From assembly GCA_044866005.1 (NCBI GenBank), contig JBIOTN010000204.1:1-28939 (forward strand): 28,939 nucleotides of DNA, read 5' to 3'. A program made the position numbers and the translations under genes. Positions 8,591 to 17,855 of this stretch are shown here, piece after piece. The notes beneath the pieces are model-generated. The model worked only from the letters and a program-made list of their open reading frames with translations. It was not told where the DNA came from and made no database searches. The stretch comes from Candidatus Rokuibacteriota bacterium (GTDB lineage: Bacteria > Methylomirabilota > Methylomirabilia > Rokubacteriales > DASRDR01). Position 1 is the stretch's first letter, and each line of letters starts with the position of its first letter.

Positions 8591-9112
8591 ATGGCGGTTC
8601 TCCCGGTACGGCTCTACGGTGATCCGGCGCTCCGCCGCCGGGCTGAGCCGGTCGCGGCGATCACTCCGGACATCGAGCGCCTGCTCGACGATATGGTCGA
8701 CACGATGTACGCATCCATCGGGATCGGCCTGGCCGCCCCCCAGGTCGGTGTCGGCCTGCGCCTCCTCGTCCTGGACGAGGGCAAAGGCGTCGCGCGCGCG
8801 TACCTGAACCCGCGCATCGTGGAAGCCGGCGGGTCCGTCACCGGAGAGGAAGGGTGTCTGTCGCTGCCCGGCGTCTTCGCCGGCGTGGCGCGCGCGGAGT
8901 GGGTGGTCGTCGAGGCGCAGGATCGAACGGGCGGGCCCCTTCGCCGGCACGCCACCGGGCTGGCCGCCCGGGTCTTCCAGCACGAGATCGATCACCTGGA
9001 CGGGCTGCTCTTCATCGATCGGCTCGACAAGGTGACGCGCGATCGGATCAAGCGCCGGATCAAGCGCGAAGGCTTCCCCGAGGACGCCGCCACGAGCGCC
9101 CTCGCCCTCTAG
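8591..9112 (+). CDS. def: Peptide deformylase
   Basis: GIGLAAPQVG, EGCLS and QHEIDHLDG motifs; SD GGAGG. Confidence 0.98.
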   Translation: MAVLPVRLYGDPALRRRAEPVAAITPDIERLLDDMVDTMYASIGIGLAAPQVGVGLRLLVLDEGKGVARAYLNPRIVEAGGSVTGEEGCLSLPGVFAGVARAEWVVVEAQDRTGGPLRRHATGLAARVFQHEIDHLDGLLFIDRLDKVTRDRIKRRIKREGFPEDAATSALAL

Positions 9113-9162
9113 CCACGGACGCGGCGCGCCCCCCGGCTCGGTCCTCGCGGCCGCCGCCTGCC

Positions 9163-10092
9163 ATGCGCGTCCTCTTCTACGGCACCCCCGCGTTTGCCCT
9201 GCCCACGCTCCGGAGGCTCCTCGACCGGCACACCGTGGTCGGCGTGGTGACCCAGCCCGACCGGCCGGCCGGACGGGGGCAGCGCCCCCGGTCCTCGCCG
9301 GTCAAGCAGCTCGCGACCGGCGCAGGCCTGCCGGTCCTCCAGCCCGCGCGCCTGCGCGACGCCGGCTCGGCGGAGCCGCTCCGCGCCTTCGACCCGGAGG
9401 TGGCCGTCGTCGTCGCCTTCGGCCAGATCCTGCCGCGGGCCGTCCTCGACGTGCCGCGCCGCGGCTCGATCAACGTGCATGCCTCGCTCCTCCCGCACTA
9501 TCGCGGCGCGGCGCCGGTCGCCTGGGCGATCATCCGCGGCGAGCGGGAGACGGGCGTGACCACGTTCCTCATGAACGAGGGGATGGACACCGGCCCCATC
9601 CTGCTCCAGCGCGCCGTCGCCATCGGCCATGACGAGACGGCAGGGGAGCTCGCCGGTCGGCTCGCCGAGCTCGGCGCCGATCTGCTGCTCGAGACCCTGG
9701 ACCGCCTCGAGGCGATCACGCCGACGCCCCAGGACGACACCGCCGCGACGTTCGCGCCGCGGCTCCGCAAGGAGGACGGGGTCCTCGACTGGACCCGGCC
9801 GGCCGGCGAGCTCGCGGCGCTCGTGCGCGGGGTCAACCCGTGGCCCGGGGCGTCCACGCGGACGCCGGCCGGCCGGCTCGTCATCTGGCGCGCCCGCCCG
9901 GTGGCGGGTGCGGGGGAACCCGGCATCCTGGTCCACGCCGGGGAGACGCTCTGCGTCGGCACGGGGGCCGGCCTTCTCGAGCCGCTCGAGGTGCAGCCGG
10001 AGAATCGGCGCGCGATGAGCTGGGCGACGTACCTGCGCGGCGCGCGCCTCGGCCCCGGCGCGCCGCTGGGCCAGCATGTCCGAGCCGGCTGA
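9163..10092 (+). CDS. fmt: Methionyl-tRNA formyltransferase
   Basis: MRVLFYGTPAFA, VVTQPDRPAGRG, INVHASLLPHYRGAAP and GMDTGPI motifs. Confidence 0.97.
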   Translation: MRVLFYGTPAFALPTLRRLLDRHTVVGVVTQPDRPAGRGQRPRSSPVKQLATGAGLPVLQPARLRDAGSAEPLRAFDPEVAVVVAFGQILPRAVLDVPRRGSINVHASLLPHYRGAAPVAWAIIRGERETGVTTFLMNEGMDTGPILLQRAVAIGHDETAGELAGRLAELGADLLLETLDRLEAITPTPQDDTAATFAPRLRKEDGVLDWTRPAGELAALVRGVNPWPGASTRTPAGRLVIWRARPVAGAGEPGILVHAGETLCVGTGAGLLEPLEVQPENRRAMSWATYLRGARLGPGAPLGQHVRAG

Positions 10093-11467
10093 GCGCCCGG
10101 CGGGCCTCGGGACGGCGCCGGCGCGGCGGACCTCCGCCCGGGCCGTGGCCCTCGACATCCTGCGCCGCGTGGAGGCCGACGGCGCCTATCCCGATCCCCT
10201 GCTCGAGACGCTCCCGGGCCGGGTCGGCATGGACGCGCGCGACCGCGCGCTCACGACCGAGCTCGTCTACGGGGTCCTGCGCTGGCAGCGCCTCCTGGAC
10301 TGGCACCTCGCCCGCGCCTCGCGGCGGCCGCTCGCGGCGCTGACGGGCTGGGTCCGCGCGCTGCTGCGGCTGTCGGCCTACCAGCTCACGTTCCTGGACC
10401 GCATCCCGCCGTGGGCGGTCGTACACGAGGCGGTCGAGCTCGCGAAGCCACGGCGACCCCGCGGCGCGGCGCCGTTCGTCAACGGCGTCCTCCGCGCCCT
10501 GGCGGCCGGCCGGCCCTGGCCCGAGCCGACCGCGGAGGCGGTCGGCGACGGCCTGGAGGCGCTCGCCATCCGCACCTCGCACCCCAGCTGGCTCGTGCGG
10601 CGCTGGGTCGCGCGCTACGGCGAGGCCGAGGCCGAGGCACTGGCGCGTGCGATGAATGACCGGCCGCCGCTCACCGTCCGGGTGAACGCCCTCAAGACGA
10701 CCGTCGAGGCCCTCATCGGAGCGTTCCAGGGGCAGGGCGCCGTGGTGACTGCCTGCCGTTACGCTCCGGAGGGACTGGTCGTGACGGGCGCGGGAGATCC
10801 GCGGAGCCTGGCACCGCTGCGGGCGGGCTGGTGCGCAGTGCAGGACGAAGGCGCGATCCTCGTCGGGCACGTGCTCGCGCCCGAAGCCGGCCAGACGGTC
10901 GCCGACGTGTGCGCCGCACCCGGGACGAAGACCAGCCACCTGGCCGCGCTCATGCGGAACCGCGGGCGGATCCTGGTCACGGATCGCCATCCCGGCCGCC
11001 TGGCGCGCGTGGGGCCGGCCTGTCGCCGGATGGGAGCCGAGATCGTCGAGGTTCGGGACGGCGGGGTCGAGGCGCTGGTCGGCGAATACGGTCCCATCTG
11101 CGACGGTGTCCTCGTCGACGCGCCGTGCTCGAACCTCGGCGTGCTGCGCCGGAACCCCGACGGCAAATGGCGCCGGCGCGAGGCCGATCTCGCGGGGCTC
11201 GCGGCCGCGCAGGGTGCGATCCTCGATGCCGCGGCCGGGCTCGTTCGCCCGGGCGGCGTCCTGGTCTACGCGACCTGCTCGCTGGAGCCCGAGGAGAACG
11301 AAGGGGTCGTCGCCGCCTTTCGCGCCCGACGCGAGGGATTCGAGCCCGACGCGATCCCGCCGTCCGTGCCGTCGACCTGCCTGGCGGCGCCGGGGATGCT
11401 CCGCATGTTCCCGCACCGGCACGGTTCGGACGGCTTCACCGCGCTGCGCCTGAGGAGACGCGCATGA
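10076..11467 (+). CDS. rsmB: 16S rRNA m5C967 methyltransferase RsmB/Sun
   Basis: NusB-like N-domain (ELVYGVLR, FVNGVLR), SHP.WL, VQDE, DVCAAPGTKT, DAPCS and YATCS motifs. Confidence 0.95.
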   Translation: MSEPAERPAGLGTAPARRTSARAVALDILRRVEADGAYPDPLLETLPGRVGMDARDRALTTELVYGVLRWQRLLDWHLARASRRPLAALTGWVRALLRLSAYQLTFLDRIPPWAVVHEAVELAKPRRPRGAAPFVNGVLRALAAGRPWPEPTAEAVGDGLEALAIRTSHPSWLVRRWVARYGEAEAEALARAMNDRPPLTVRVNALKTTVEALIGAFQGQGAVVTACRYAPEGLVVTGAGDPRSLAPLRAGWCAVQDEGAILVGHVLAPEAGQTVADVCAAPGTKTSHLAALMRNRGRILVTDRHPGRLARVGPACRRMGAEIVEVRDGGVEALVGEYGPICDGVLVDAPCSNLGVLRRNPDGKWRRREADLAGLAAAQGAILDAAAGLVRPGGVLVYATCSLEPEENEGVVAAFRARREGFEPDAIPPSVPSTCLAAPGMLRMFPHRHGSDGFTALRLRRRA

Positions 11468-12117
11468 TCAAGATCGCCCCGTCGATCCTCGCGGCCGACT
11501 ACGCGATCCTCGCCGAGGAGATCGCCAAGGTCGAGGCGGGTGGCGCCGATCAGCTCCACGTGGACGTGATGGACGGGCACTTCGTGCCGAACATCACGAT
11601 CGGCATCCCGGTGGTCGAGGCGATCCGGAAGCGCACGCGGCTGCCCCTGGACCTGCATCTCATGATCGCCAACCCCGACACCTACCTCGAGCCGTTCGTC
11701 AGGGCCGGGGGGGACGCCCTCACCGTCCACGTGGAGGCCTGTCCCCATCTCCACCGGACCCTCGGGCGCATCCGGGAGCTTGGGGCCCGGGCCGGGGTTG
11801 CCCTGAACCCGGCCACGCCGCCGGCGGCCCTCGACTACGCGCTCGACGGCGCCGACCTCGTGCTCGTCATGTCGGTCAACCCCGGCTTCGGCGGCCAGGA
11901 GTTCATTGCCGCGACGTACGGCAAGGTGGAGGACGTGCGTCAGCGCCTGCGTGGTCGCGCGCTCGAGATCTCGGTGGACGGCGGGGTGAAGCTCGAGCAC
12001 TGCCGGCGCCTGGTCGAGCGCGGCGCGACCACCCTCGTCGCGGGCTCGGCGATCTTCGGCGCCGCCGATCCGGCGAGCGAGGTGCGTCGGCTGCGAGCGG
12101 CCGCCCTCGGCTCCTAG
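11464..12117 (+). CDS. rpe: Ribulose-phosphate 3-epimerase
   Basis: IAPSIL, HVDVMDGHFVPNIT, MSVNPGFGGQ, VDGG and VAGSAIF motifs; ATGA overlap with rsmB. Confidence 0.98.
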   Translation: MIKIAPSILAADYAILAEEIAKVEAGGADQLHVDVMDGHFVPNITIGIPVVEAIRKRTRLPLDLHLMIANPDTYLEPFVRAGGDALTVHVEACPHLHRTLGRIRELGARAGVALNPATPPAALDYALDGADLVLVMSVNPGFGGQEFIAATYGKVEDVRQRLRGRALEISVDGGVKLEHCRRLVERGATTLVAGSAIFGAADPASEVRRLRAAALGS

Positions 12118-12119
12118 TT

Positions 12120-12192
12120 GCATCGGGGGGTCTCGGAAGACCCCCCGATGCCTCCCCCCGCCGTTGCGGCGGCGAAAGCCGCCGCTCGGAAG
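12120..12192. repeat. Double-hairpin palindromic element (REP-like or terminator-like)
   Basis: A perfect 14-bp stem GCATCGGGGGGTCT/AGACCCCCCGATGC (12120-12151, loop CGGA) and an 8-bp stem GCGGCGGC-GAAA-GCCGCCGC (12166-12185). CTCGGAAG occurs twice. Confidence 0.7.
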
Positions 12193-12265
12193 CTTTCCCA
12201 GCGGCCCGAGTCTCGTCGGCGGCGTCCTCGACGCCTCCTCGTAGCCATTCTCCGGACGGCTCGCC

Positions 12266-12294
12266 TTGACTGGATCGCCGATCTCCTATAACCT
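12266..12294 (+). promoter_or_regulatory. sigma70-type promoter for the ffh operon
   Basis: TTGACT (12266-12271), N17, TAACCT (12289-12294); an overlapping TATAAC is also present. Confidence 0.55.
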
Positions 12295-12340
12295 AGGGTG
12301 CTTTCAGCCGTTTCCACGGCCGAAACCTAAGGCGGACCCC

Positions 12341-13690
12341 ATGTTCGAAGCCCTGACGCAGCGCCTCGAAGCCATCTTCGACCGTCTCCGCGGAGCCGGC
12401 CGCCTGACCGAGGAGAACATCCAGGCGGCCCTGCGCGAGATCCGTGTCGCCCTGCTCGAGGCCGACGTCAACTTCCGCGTCGTCAAGTCGTTCGTCGAGC
12501 GCGTGCGCGAGCGCGCGGTCGGCCAGGAGGTGCTGCGCAGCCTCACGCCCGGCCAGCAGGTCGTCAAGATCGTACACGAGGAGCTGACGAGCCTGCTGGG
12601 CGGCGCGGCGCACCGGCTGGCGATGGCCGCGCATCCGCCCACGGTGATCATGGCGATCGGCCTTCAGGGCTCGGGCAAGACGACGACGGTGGCCAAGCTG
12701 GGTCGTTACTTCCAGCGCGAGGGCTTCCGCCCGATGCTCGTCGCAGCGGATGTCTACCGGCCCGCGGCGATCGAGCAGCTTCGAGTCCTGGGCGGCGAAC
12801 TCGGCCTGCCGGTGCACGGGGCGGACGGAAAGCGGCCGGTGGCGCTCTGCCGGGAGGCGATCGAGCTGGCCGCGACCCGGGGCTCGAACCCCCTCCTGGT
12901 CGACACGGCGGGGCGCCTGCACATCGACGAGACGATGATCGAAGAGCTCCGGGAGCTCCGGCGGGAAATCAAGCCGCATCACATCCTCCTCGTCGCGGAC
13001 GCCATGACCGGACAGGACGCGGTCACCATGGCTGAGCGCTTCAACGCCGCCGTGGGATACGACGGCGTGGTCCTCACGAAGCTGGACGGGGATGCGCGCG
13101 GCGGCGCGGCGCTGTCGATCCGGGCCGCGGCGGGCAAGCCGATCGTCTTCTGCGGCGTGGGAGAGCGCGTGGATGCCCTCGAGCCGTTCCATCCCGACCG
13201 GATGGCCTCGCGCATCCTCGGCATGGGGGACGTCCTCTCCCTGGTCGAGAAGGCCCAGGCGACGGTGGACGCGGCCAAAGCCGAAGAGCTGGCCAAGAAG
13301 ATCCAGCAGGAGACCTTCACCCTCGAGGACTTCGCGGAACAGCTCGGCCAGCTCCGGAAGATGGGGCCGCTCGACCAGATCGTGGACATGCTTCCGTTCT
13401 TCAAGGGTGCGCGACCGCCGGCGGGGGAGCTGGACGCCGAGGGTCACCAGCTCCGGAGGTTCGAGGCCATCATCGGCTCGATGACCGTCGAGGAGCGCCG
13501 GACGCCGGCCATCATCAACGGGGAGCGCCGCCTCCGCATCGCGCGCGGGAGCGGCACGACCGTCCAGGACGTGAACCGCTTGCTGAAGCAGTACGCGCAG
13601 CTCAAGAAAGTGATGAAGGGGCTCAAGGGAGTGCGGGGACGCGCCGGGGCGAAGGAGCTCCGCCGCGCCCTGCCGTTTCTCGACGCCTGA
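12341..13690 (+). CDS. ffh: Signal recognition particle protein Ffh
   Basis: [31 protein letters not shown] and the M-domain [10 protein letters not shown]. Confidence 0.98.
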   Translation: MFEALTQRLEAIFDRLRGAGRLTEENIQAALREIRVALLEADVNFRVVKSFVERVRERAVGQEVLRSLTPGQQVVKIVHEELTSLLGGAAHRLAMAAHPPTVIMAIGLQGSGKTTTVAKLGRYFQREGFRPMLVAADVYRPAAIEQLRVLGGELGLPVHGADGKRPVALCREAIELAATRGSNPLLVDTAGRLHIDETMIEELRELRREIKPHHILLVADAMTGQDAVTMAERFNAAVGYDGVVLTKLDGDARGGAALSIRAAAGKPIVFCGVGERVDALEPFHPDRMASRILGMGDVLSLVEKAQATVDAAKAEELAKKIQQETFTLEDFAEQLGQLRKMGPLDQIVDMLPFFKGARPPAGELDAEGHQLRRFEAIIGSMTVEERRTPAIINGERRLRIARGSGTTVQDVNRLLKQYAQLKKVMKGLKGVRGRAGAKELRRALPFLDA

Positions 13691-13703
13691 GAGGAGAGTG
13701 CAG

Positions 13704-13952
13704 ATGGCGGCTCGGATTCGCCTGCGACGGACCGGCACGACGAAGCGCCCCTCCTACCGCGTGGTGGTGGCGGACGCCCGCACGCCGCGCGATGGCCGGT
13801 TCCTGGACGCGATCGGCTACTACAACCCGCTGACCGACCCGCCGGTGATCCGTATCGACGCGGAAAAGGCGACGGCCTGGCTGAAGAAGGGCGCCCTCCC
13901 TTCGAACACGGTCCGTCACCTGCTCGCCCGCGCGGGGGTACGCGCGGGCTGA
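13704..13952 (+). CDS. rpsP: 30S ribosomal protein S16
   Basis: IRLRRTG...P.YRVVVAD...PRDGRF...IGYYNP and WL..GA.PS.TV motifs; SD GAGGAG 7 nt before ATG 13704. Confidence 0.97.
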   Translation: MAARIRLRRTGTTKRPSYRVVVADARTPRDGRFLDAIGYYNPLTDPPVIRIDAEKATAWLKKGALPSNTVRHLLARAGVRAG

Positions 13953-13979
13953 CCGGTCGACCCCGGGTCGTTCCAGGGC

Positions 13980-14495
13980 ATGGACTTGATCGCGGTCGGT
14001 CGCGTGGTCCGCCCGCAGGGGCGCCGTGGCGAGGTGCGGCTCGAGCCCTTGACGGACGAGCCGCGCCGGCTGGCGGAGCTGCGAGAATGCTATCTCGTGC
14101 CGCCCGAGCCGGGAGAGCATCGCCGCGTGGAGTCGGTCTGGTTCCAGGGCGACGTCCCGGTCGTGAAGCTCGGTGGCGTGGAGAGCCTCGACGCAGCCGA
14201 GGCGCTCGCCGGCCGGCTCGTCGCGATTCCTCGCGCCGAGGCCCGCGCGCTCCCGCCCGATCGGTTCTATACCTTCGAGCTGATCGGCTGCGAGGTCCGC
14301 TCGACCGAGGGTACGGTGCTCGGCTCGGTCAGGGACGTGCTGGGGGGCGCGCACCATGACCTCTGGGTCGTGCGGGCCGGGGTGCGGGAGTGCCTCATCC
14401 CGGCAGTGTCGGCGATCGTGGAGCGGGTCGACCTCGCCGAGCGCGTTGTCGTGATCCGCCCGCCCGAGGGGCTCCTCGACCTGGACCAGGCCTGA
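13980..14495 (+). CDS. rimM: Ribosome maturation factor RimM
   Basis: VGRVVRPQGRRGEV, FY..ELIGCEV, LIPAV and PPEGLLDL motifs; conserved synteny. Confidence 0.95.
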   Translation: MDLIAVGRVVRPQGRRGEVRLEPLTDEPRRLAELRECYLVPPEPGEHRRVESVWFQGDVPVVKLGGVESLDAAEALAGRLVAIPRAEARALPPDRFYTFELIGCEVRSTEGTVLGSVRDVLGGAHHDLWVVRAGVRECLIPAVSAIVERVDLAERVVVIRPPEGLLDLDQA

Positions 14496-14504
14496 GCGGC
14501 GGCC

Positions 14505-15275
14505 ATGCGGATCGACGTCGTCACGCTCTTCCCCCAGATGTTCAGCGGACCTCTGTCCGAATCGATGCTGCGGGTCGCCCAGGACAAGGGCGCGGTCGAG
14601 ATCCGACTGGTGAACCTCCGCGAGCACGGGGAGGGGCGCCATCGCGTCACCGATGATTACCCCTTCGGTGGCGGGGGCGGCATGGTGCTGAAGCCCGAGC
14701 CGCTCTTCCGGGCCATCGAGCCCCTGCGCGCATCCGGGGGACGGGTGATCCTGCTGTGCCCGCAGGGGGCGGCGTTCACGCAGGCGACCGCGGCCCGGCT
14801 GGCCCAGGTGCCCCACCTGGTCCTCGTCTGCGGTCACTACGAGGGGGTCGACGAGCGGGTGCGCGCGCACCTCGCGGACGAGGAGCTCTCCATCGGGGAC
14901 TATGTTCTGACCGGCGGCGAGCTGCCGGCCCTCGTGGTGATGGATGCGGTCGTGCGTCTCCTGCCCGGCGTCCTGGGCGACCCGAGCGCGCCGGCGAAGG
15001 ATTCGTTCGCGGACGGCCGCCTCGACTATCCGCAGTACACGCGCCCGGCGGACTTCCGCGGGTGGGCCGTACCGGACGTGCTGCTCTCGGGGGACCACGA
15101 TCGGATCGCGGTCTGGCGGCGCCGGGAGGCGCTGCGACGGACGGTGGAGCGGCGGCCCGATCTCCTGAGCGTGGCCCCCCCGAGCGACGAGGAGCAGCGC
15201 TGGCTGGGTGAGCTGCGGTCAGGGCACGCCTTCGATTCCGATTCCGCGGCGAACAGCGGCGATGTCTCGCGGTGA
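14505..15275 (+). CDS. trmD: tRNA (guanine-N1)-methyltransferase TrmD
   Basis: [39 protein letters not shown] and VPDVLLSG motifs. Confidence 0.98.
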   Translation: MRIDVVTLFPQMFSGPLSESMLRVAQDKGAVEIRLVNLREHGEGRHRVTDDYPFGGGGGMVLKPEPLFRAIEPLRASGGRVILLCPQGAAFTQATAARLAQVPHLVLVCGHYEGVDERVRAHLADEELSIGDYVLTGGELPALVVMDAVVRLLPGVLGDPSAPAKDSFADGRLDYPQYTRPADFRGWAVPDVLLSGDHDRIAVWRRREALRRTVERRPDLLSVAPPSDEEQRWLGELRSGHAFDSDSAANSGDVSR

Positions 15276-15342
15276 CCGCCTCCCGGGGAGGCCGGCCCCG
15301 GCCCGCTAGCCGAAGCGCGAGCGACGAGAGAGGAGCCCAGGC

Positions 15343-15696
15343 ATGGACGCGATTTCGGTCGTCGAAGCAGGAATACTCAAGCGCGACCGGGGCGGCTTCG
15401 CCCCCGGGGACACCGTCCGGGTCCACGTCAAGGTCGTCGAAGGCGAAAAGGAGCGGGTGCAGATCTTCGAGGGCGTCGTGATCCGAAGGCGCGGCGAGGG
15501 CGCCCGCGCGACGTTCACGGTCCGTCGAGTGTCCTACGGGGTCGGCGTCGAGCGGACGTTCCCCCTCCACTCGCCACGCATCGAGCGGATTCAGGTGATG
15601 AAGTCCGGCCACGTCCGTCGCTCCAAGCTTTACTATCTCCGCGAGCGCACGGGCAAAGCGGCACGTCTCCGGGAGAAGCGCGCCACGCAAGAGTAG
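15343..15696 (+). CDS. rplS: 50S ribosomal protein L19
   Basis: [34 protein letters not shown] and [10 protein letters not shown] motifs. Confidence 0.98.
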   Translation: MDAISVVEAGILKRDRGGFAPGDTVRVHVKVVEGEKERVQIFEGVVIRRRGEGARATFTVRRVSYGVGVERTFPLHSPRIERIQVMKSGHVRRSKLYYLRERTGKAARLREKRATQE

Positions 15697-15742
15697 CCCG
15701 GCGGCCGCCCTGGAGCGGCCACGGCGCGAGCCCGGCGGAACG

Positions 15743-16453
15743 GTGAAGCGCAACGCCCGGCAGCCGTTGCAGCAAGCGTTGTTCGAGCTCCCCGAGGGGC
15801 TCTACGTCCAGGAGCAGGAGTTCTGGACGCAGGGTCGCTTCGTCGCCGGGGTGGACGAGGTGGGACGCGGACCGCTCGCCGGCCCCGTCGTGGCGGGCGC
15901 CGTCATCCTGGCGCCGGATCGGCCGATCGAAGGGCTGCGGGACTCCAAGCTCCTCACGGCGCGGCAGCGCCGGCTCCTCGCGCGCGCCATCCGAGAGCGC
16001 GCGCTGGCCTGGGCCGTCTGCCGGGTGGGGCCCGGTCGCATCGACACACTGAACATCCTCGAGGCGACCTGGGACGCCATGCGTCGCGCCCTGGCCCGGC
16101 TGGCCCCGACCCCGGCCGCGGTGCTCGTGGACGGGCGGCTCCGGGTCCCCGGGCTCGTGTGCCCGCAGCGCGCGATCGTCCGGGGCGACCGTCGCTGTGC
16201 CTCCATCGCGGCCGCCTCCATCCTGGCGAAGGTCGTGCGCGATCACTTCATGATCCGGGCGGATCATCGCTATCCGGGCTACGGCTTCCGCCTCCACAAA
16301 GGCTACGCCACCGCCGCCCACTTCGAGGCGCTGGGCCGGCTCGGGCCGTGCCCGCTGCATCGTCTGAGCTTCCACGGCGTCGTGCGGACTCTCGGCGTGG
16401 CGCCGCTCGCGCTGCCGCTGCCGCCGTTCGACCCGGAATCGCCGGCTCCCTAG
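15743..16453 (+). CDS. rnhB: Ribonuclease HII
   Basis: AGVDEVGRGPLAGPV, DSKLL, GD...SIAAASILAKV.RD, HKGY and HRLSF motifs. Confidence 0.96.
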   Translation: MKRNARQPLQQALFELPEGLYVQEQEFWTQGRFVAGVDEVGRGPLAGPVVAGAVILAPDRPIEGLRDSKLLTARQRRLLARAIRERALAWAVCRVGPGRIDTLNILEATWDAMRRALARLAPTPAAVLVDGRLRVPGLVCPQRAIVRGDRRCASIAAASILAKVVRDHFMIRADHRYPGYGFRLHKGYATAAHFEALGRLGPCPLHRLSFHGVVRTLGVAPLALPLPPFDPESPAP

Positions 16454-16526
16454 CGCTCCTCTTCGCGCCGCCCGACGTCGCGACCTCTCGGGCCGCTCCG
16501 CCGCCTCGCCGCGCCGACGGCCGTCA

Positions 16527-17012
16527 CTACGGGAACGTCACCAGGTACCCGGAGAGCGTCGCGAAGAATATCGCGGACCCCGCCACGCTGCTCCTCAGGA
16601 AGCCGAACCGGACCGTTGTGCCGGGATCGGCGTAGACCTGGACCGCATGGTTCGCCACGAAAGTGTGAGCTGTGGCCCCGCCGCTGGACTGCTCGATCAG
16701 CAGGAGAATGTGGCTGGCCGATACACCGTTGACGGTCGTCGAGAACGCGACCTCGGCGGGCCCCTGCGACTCGGGCATGCGCGCGAGTGCCGAGAGGTGC
16801 TCGATGACGAGCCGCTTGCCTGCCGGTACCGTGAAGCCCCCGCTCTCCGCGAATCCGAGGCCATCCACGAACGTGATGGTGAAGGGGACCTGGATGGCGT
16901 CCTTCGCGTTCACGACTTTGACGGGCAGCGAGACCTGAGCGTGTGCGGGGATCGCCACCAGTGCCAGCATGAGCGGCACGCCGGGGACAATGGCTCGCGT
17001 GATGACCGACAT
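16527..17012 (-). CDS. Hypothetical secreted beta-rich protein (161 aa)
   Basis: SD GGAGG before ATG 17012, a signal peptide ending AHA-Q, and alternating beta-strand patterns (FTVPAGKRLVIE, VYADPG, LSGYLV). Confidence 0.8.
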   Translation of the reverse strand: MSVITRAIVPGVPLMLALVAIPAHAQVSLPVKVVNAKDAIQVPFTITFVDGLGFAESGGFTVPAGKRLVIEHLSALARMPESQGPAEVAFSTTVNGVSASHILLLIEQSSGGATAHTFVANHAVQVYADPGTTVRFGFLRSSVAGSAIFFATLSGYLVTFP

Positions 17013-17055
17013 GATGTCCTCCCCTCGGGCCTGTGTAGGTCGGGACCCTGGCCGG

Positions 17056-17080
17056 GATTCTCGACAGGGGACGGGGTTCC
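17056..17080 (-). promoter_or_regulatory. Candidate ECF-sigma promoter GGAACCCC-N13-AATC
   Basis: About 44 nt upstream of ATG 17012; matches the motif at 18377-18402. Confidence 0.45.
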
Positions 17081-17420
17081 GCCTCCTATCGCGGCCGTGA
17101 ACGAACCGAGCAATGCCGGCGGTCAGCCCATCCCCTCCGGGACGTCGAACGGACGTCGTTCTCGTGTGGGCGACCCCGATCGCGCCCGGCGGCGCGTCCC
17201 AGGGGAAGCCTCGCCGGATCGTCGCCAGCCCCCAGGGCCTCGCTGCGGCCACGGACGTGCGGAGCGGACCGATTCCCGAAGCCTCCTCGCGCGCCGCGCG
17301 AGCGGGCGCGGGTCGACGGAGCGATACGCCCTGTATCTCGAGCGCGCGGCCGCCGCGCCGACGCCGAGCGCCAAGTGCCGGCGCTCTCGCCCGCAGTCGA
17401 GTTGGTGGAGCTCTTGCACC

Positions 17421-17846
17421 GTGGCGCGGGCAATGGGACCGCCCGAACACCGGCGTGCCGCGCGCCGTCCGACCCGTCCGGCAGGGCAGGCCGGGGAGGA
17501 GATCGCTGCCCGGTTTCTCGAGCGCCACGGTTTTCGGATCCTGGCTCGCAACCTGCGCTCGCGGCTCGGCGAGATCGACCTCATCGCGCGCGATGGCGGC
17601 ACGCTCGTCTTCGTGGAGGTGAAGGCCCGGCGCGGACCGGGCAGCGAGCCGCCGCAGGTGGCGGTCGATGCCCGGAAGCGGTTGCGCCTGGCGCGGCTGG
17701 CGCTCCACTACCTGGCCCGGCAGTGGCTTGCCGACCTGGCCTGCCGCTTCGACGTCGTCGCCGTCACGCTCGAGCCGGACGGGGATGCGGCGTCCCGGGT
17801 CGAGCACTTCCCCGGCGCGTTCCGTCAGGACGGCTGGACGGGGTGA
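17421..17846 (+). CDS. yraN: YraN family (UPF0102) putative endonuclease
   Basis: GQAGEE.AA.FL...G..IL.RN.R...GEIDLIA, LVFVEVKAR and RFDVVAV motifs. Start is GTG 17421 or ATG 17433. Confidence 0.95.
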   Translation: MARAMGPPEHRRAARRPTRPAGQAGEEIAARFLERHGFRILARNLRSRLGEIDLIARDGGTLVFVEVKARRGPGSEPPQVAVDARKRLRLARLALHYLARQWLADLACRFDVVAVTLEPDGDAASRVEHFPGAFRQDGWTG

Positions 17847-17855
17847 GCGTGCCGG

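Noticed and set aside
11151..11180. Third GGAACCCC copy
   Set aside because: It lies inside the rsmB coding sequence with no AATC at the 13-14 nt spacing.
12118..12340. SRP (4.5S) RNA gene upstream of ffh
   Set aside because: The conserved helix-8 pattern (CAGG..CGGAAG..AGCAG) is absent; only a CGGA-loop hairpin is present.
3846..13979. Absence of remA/DUF370 (yicC-gmk) and khpA (rpsP-rimM)
   Set aside because: Both genes are patchily distributed; the short gaps hold no remnants, so this is not informative.
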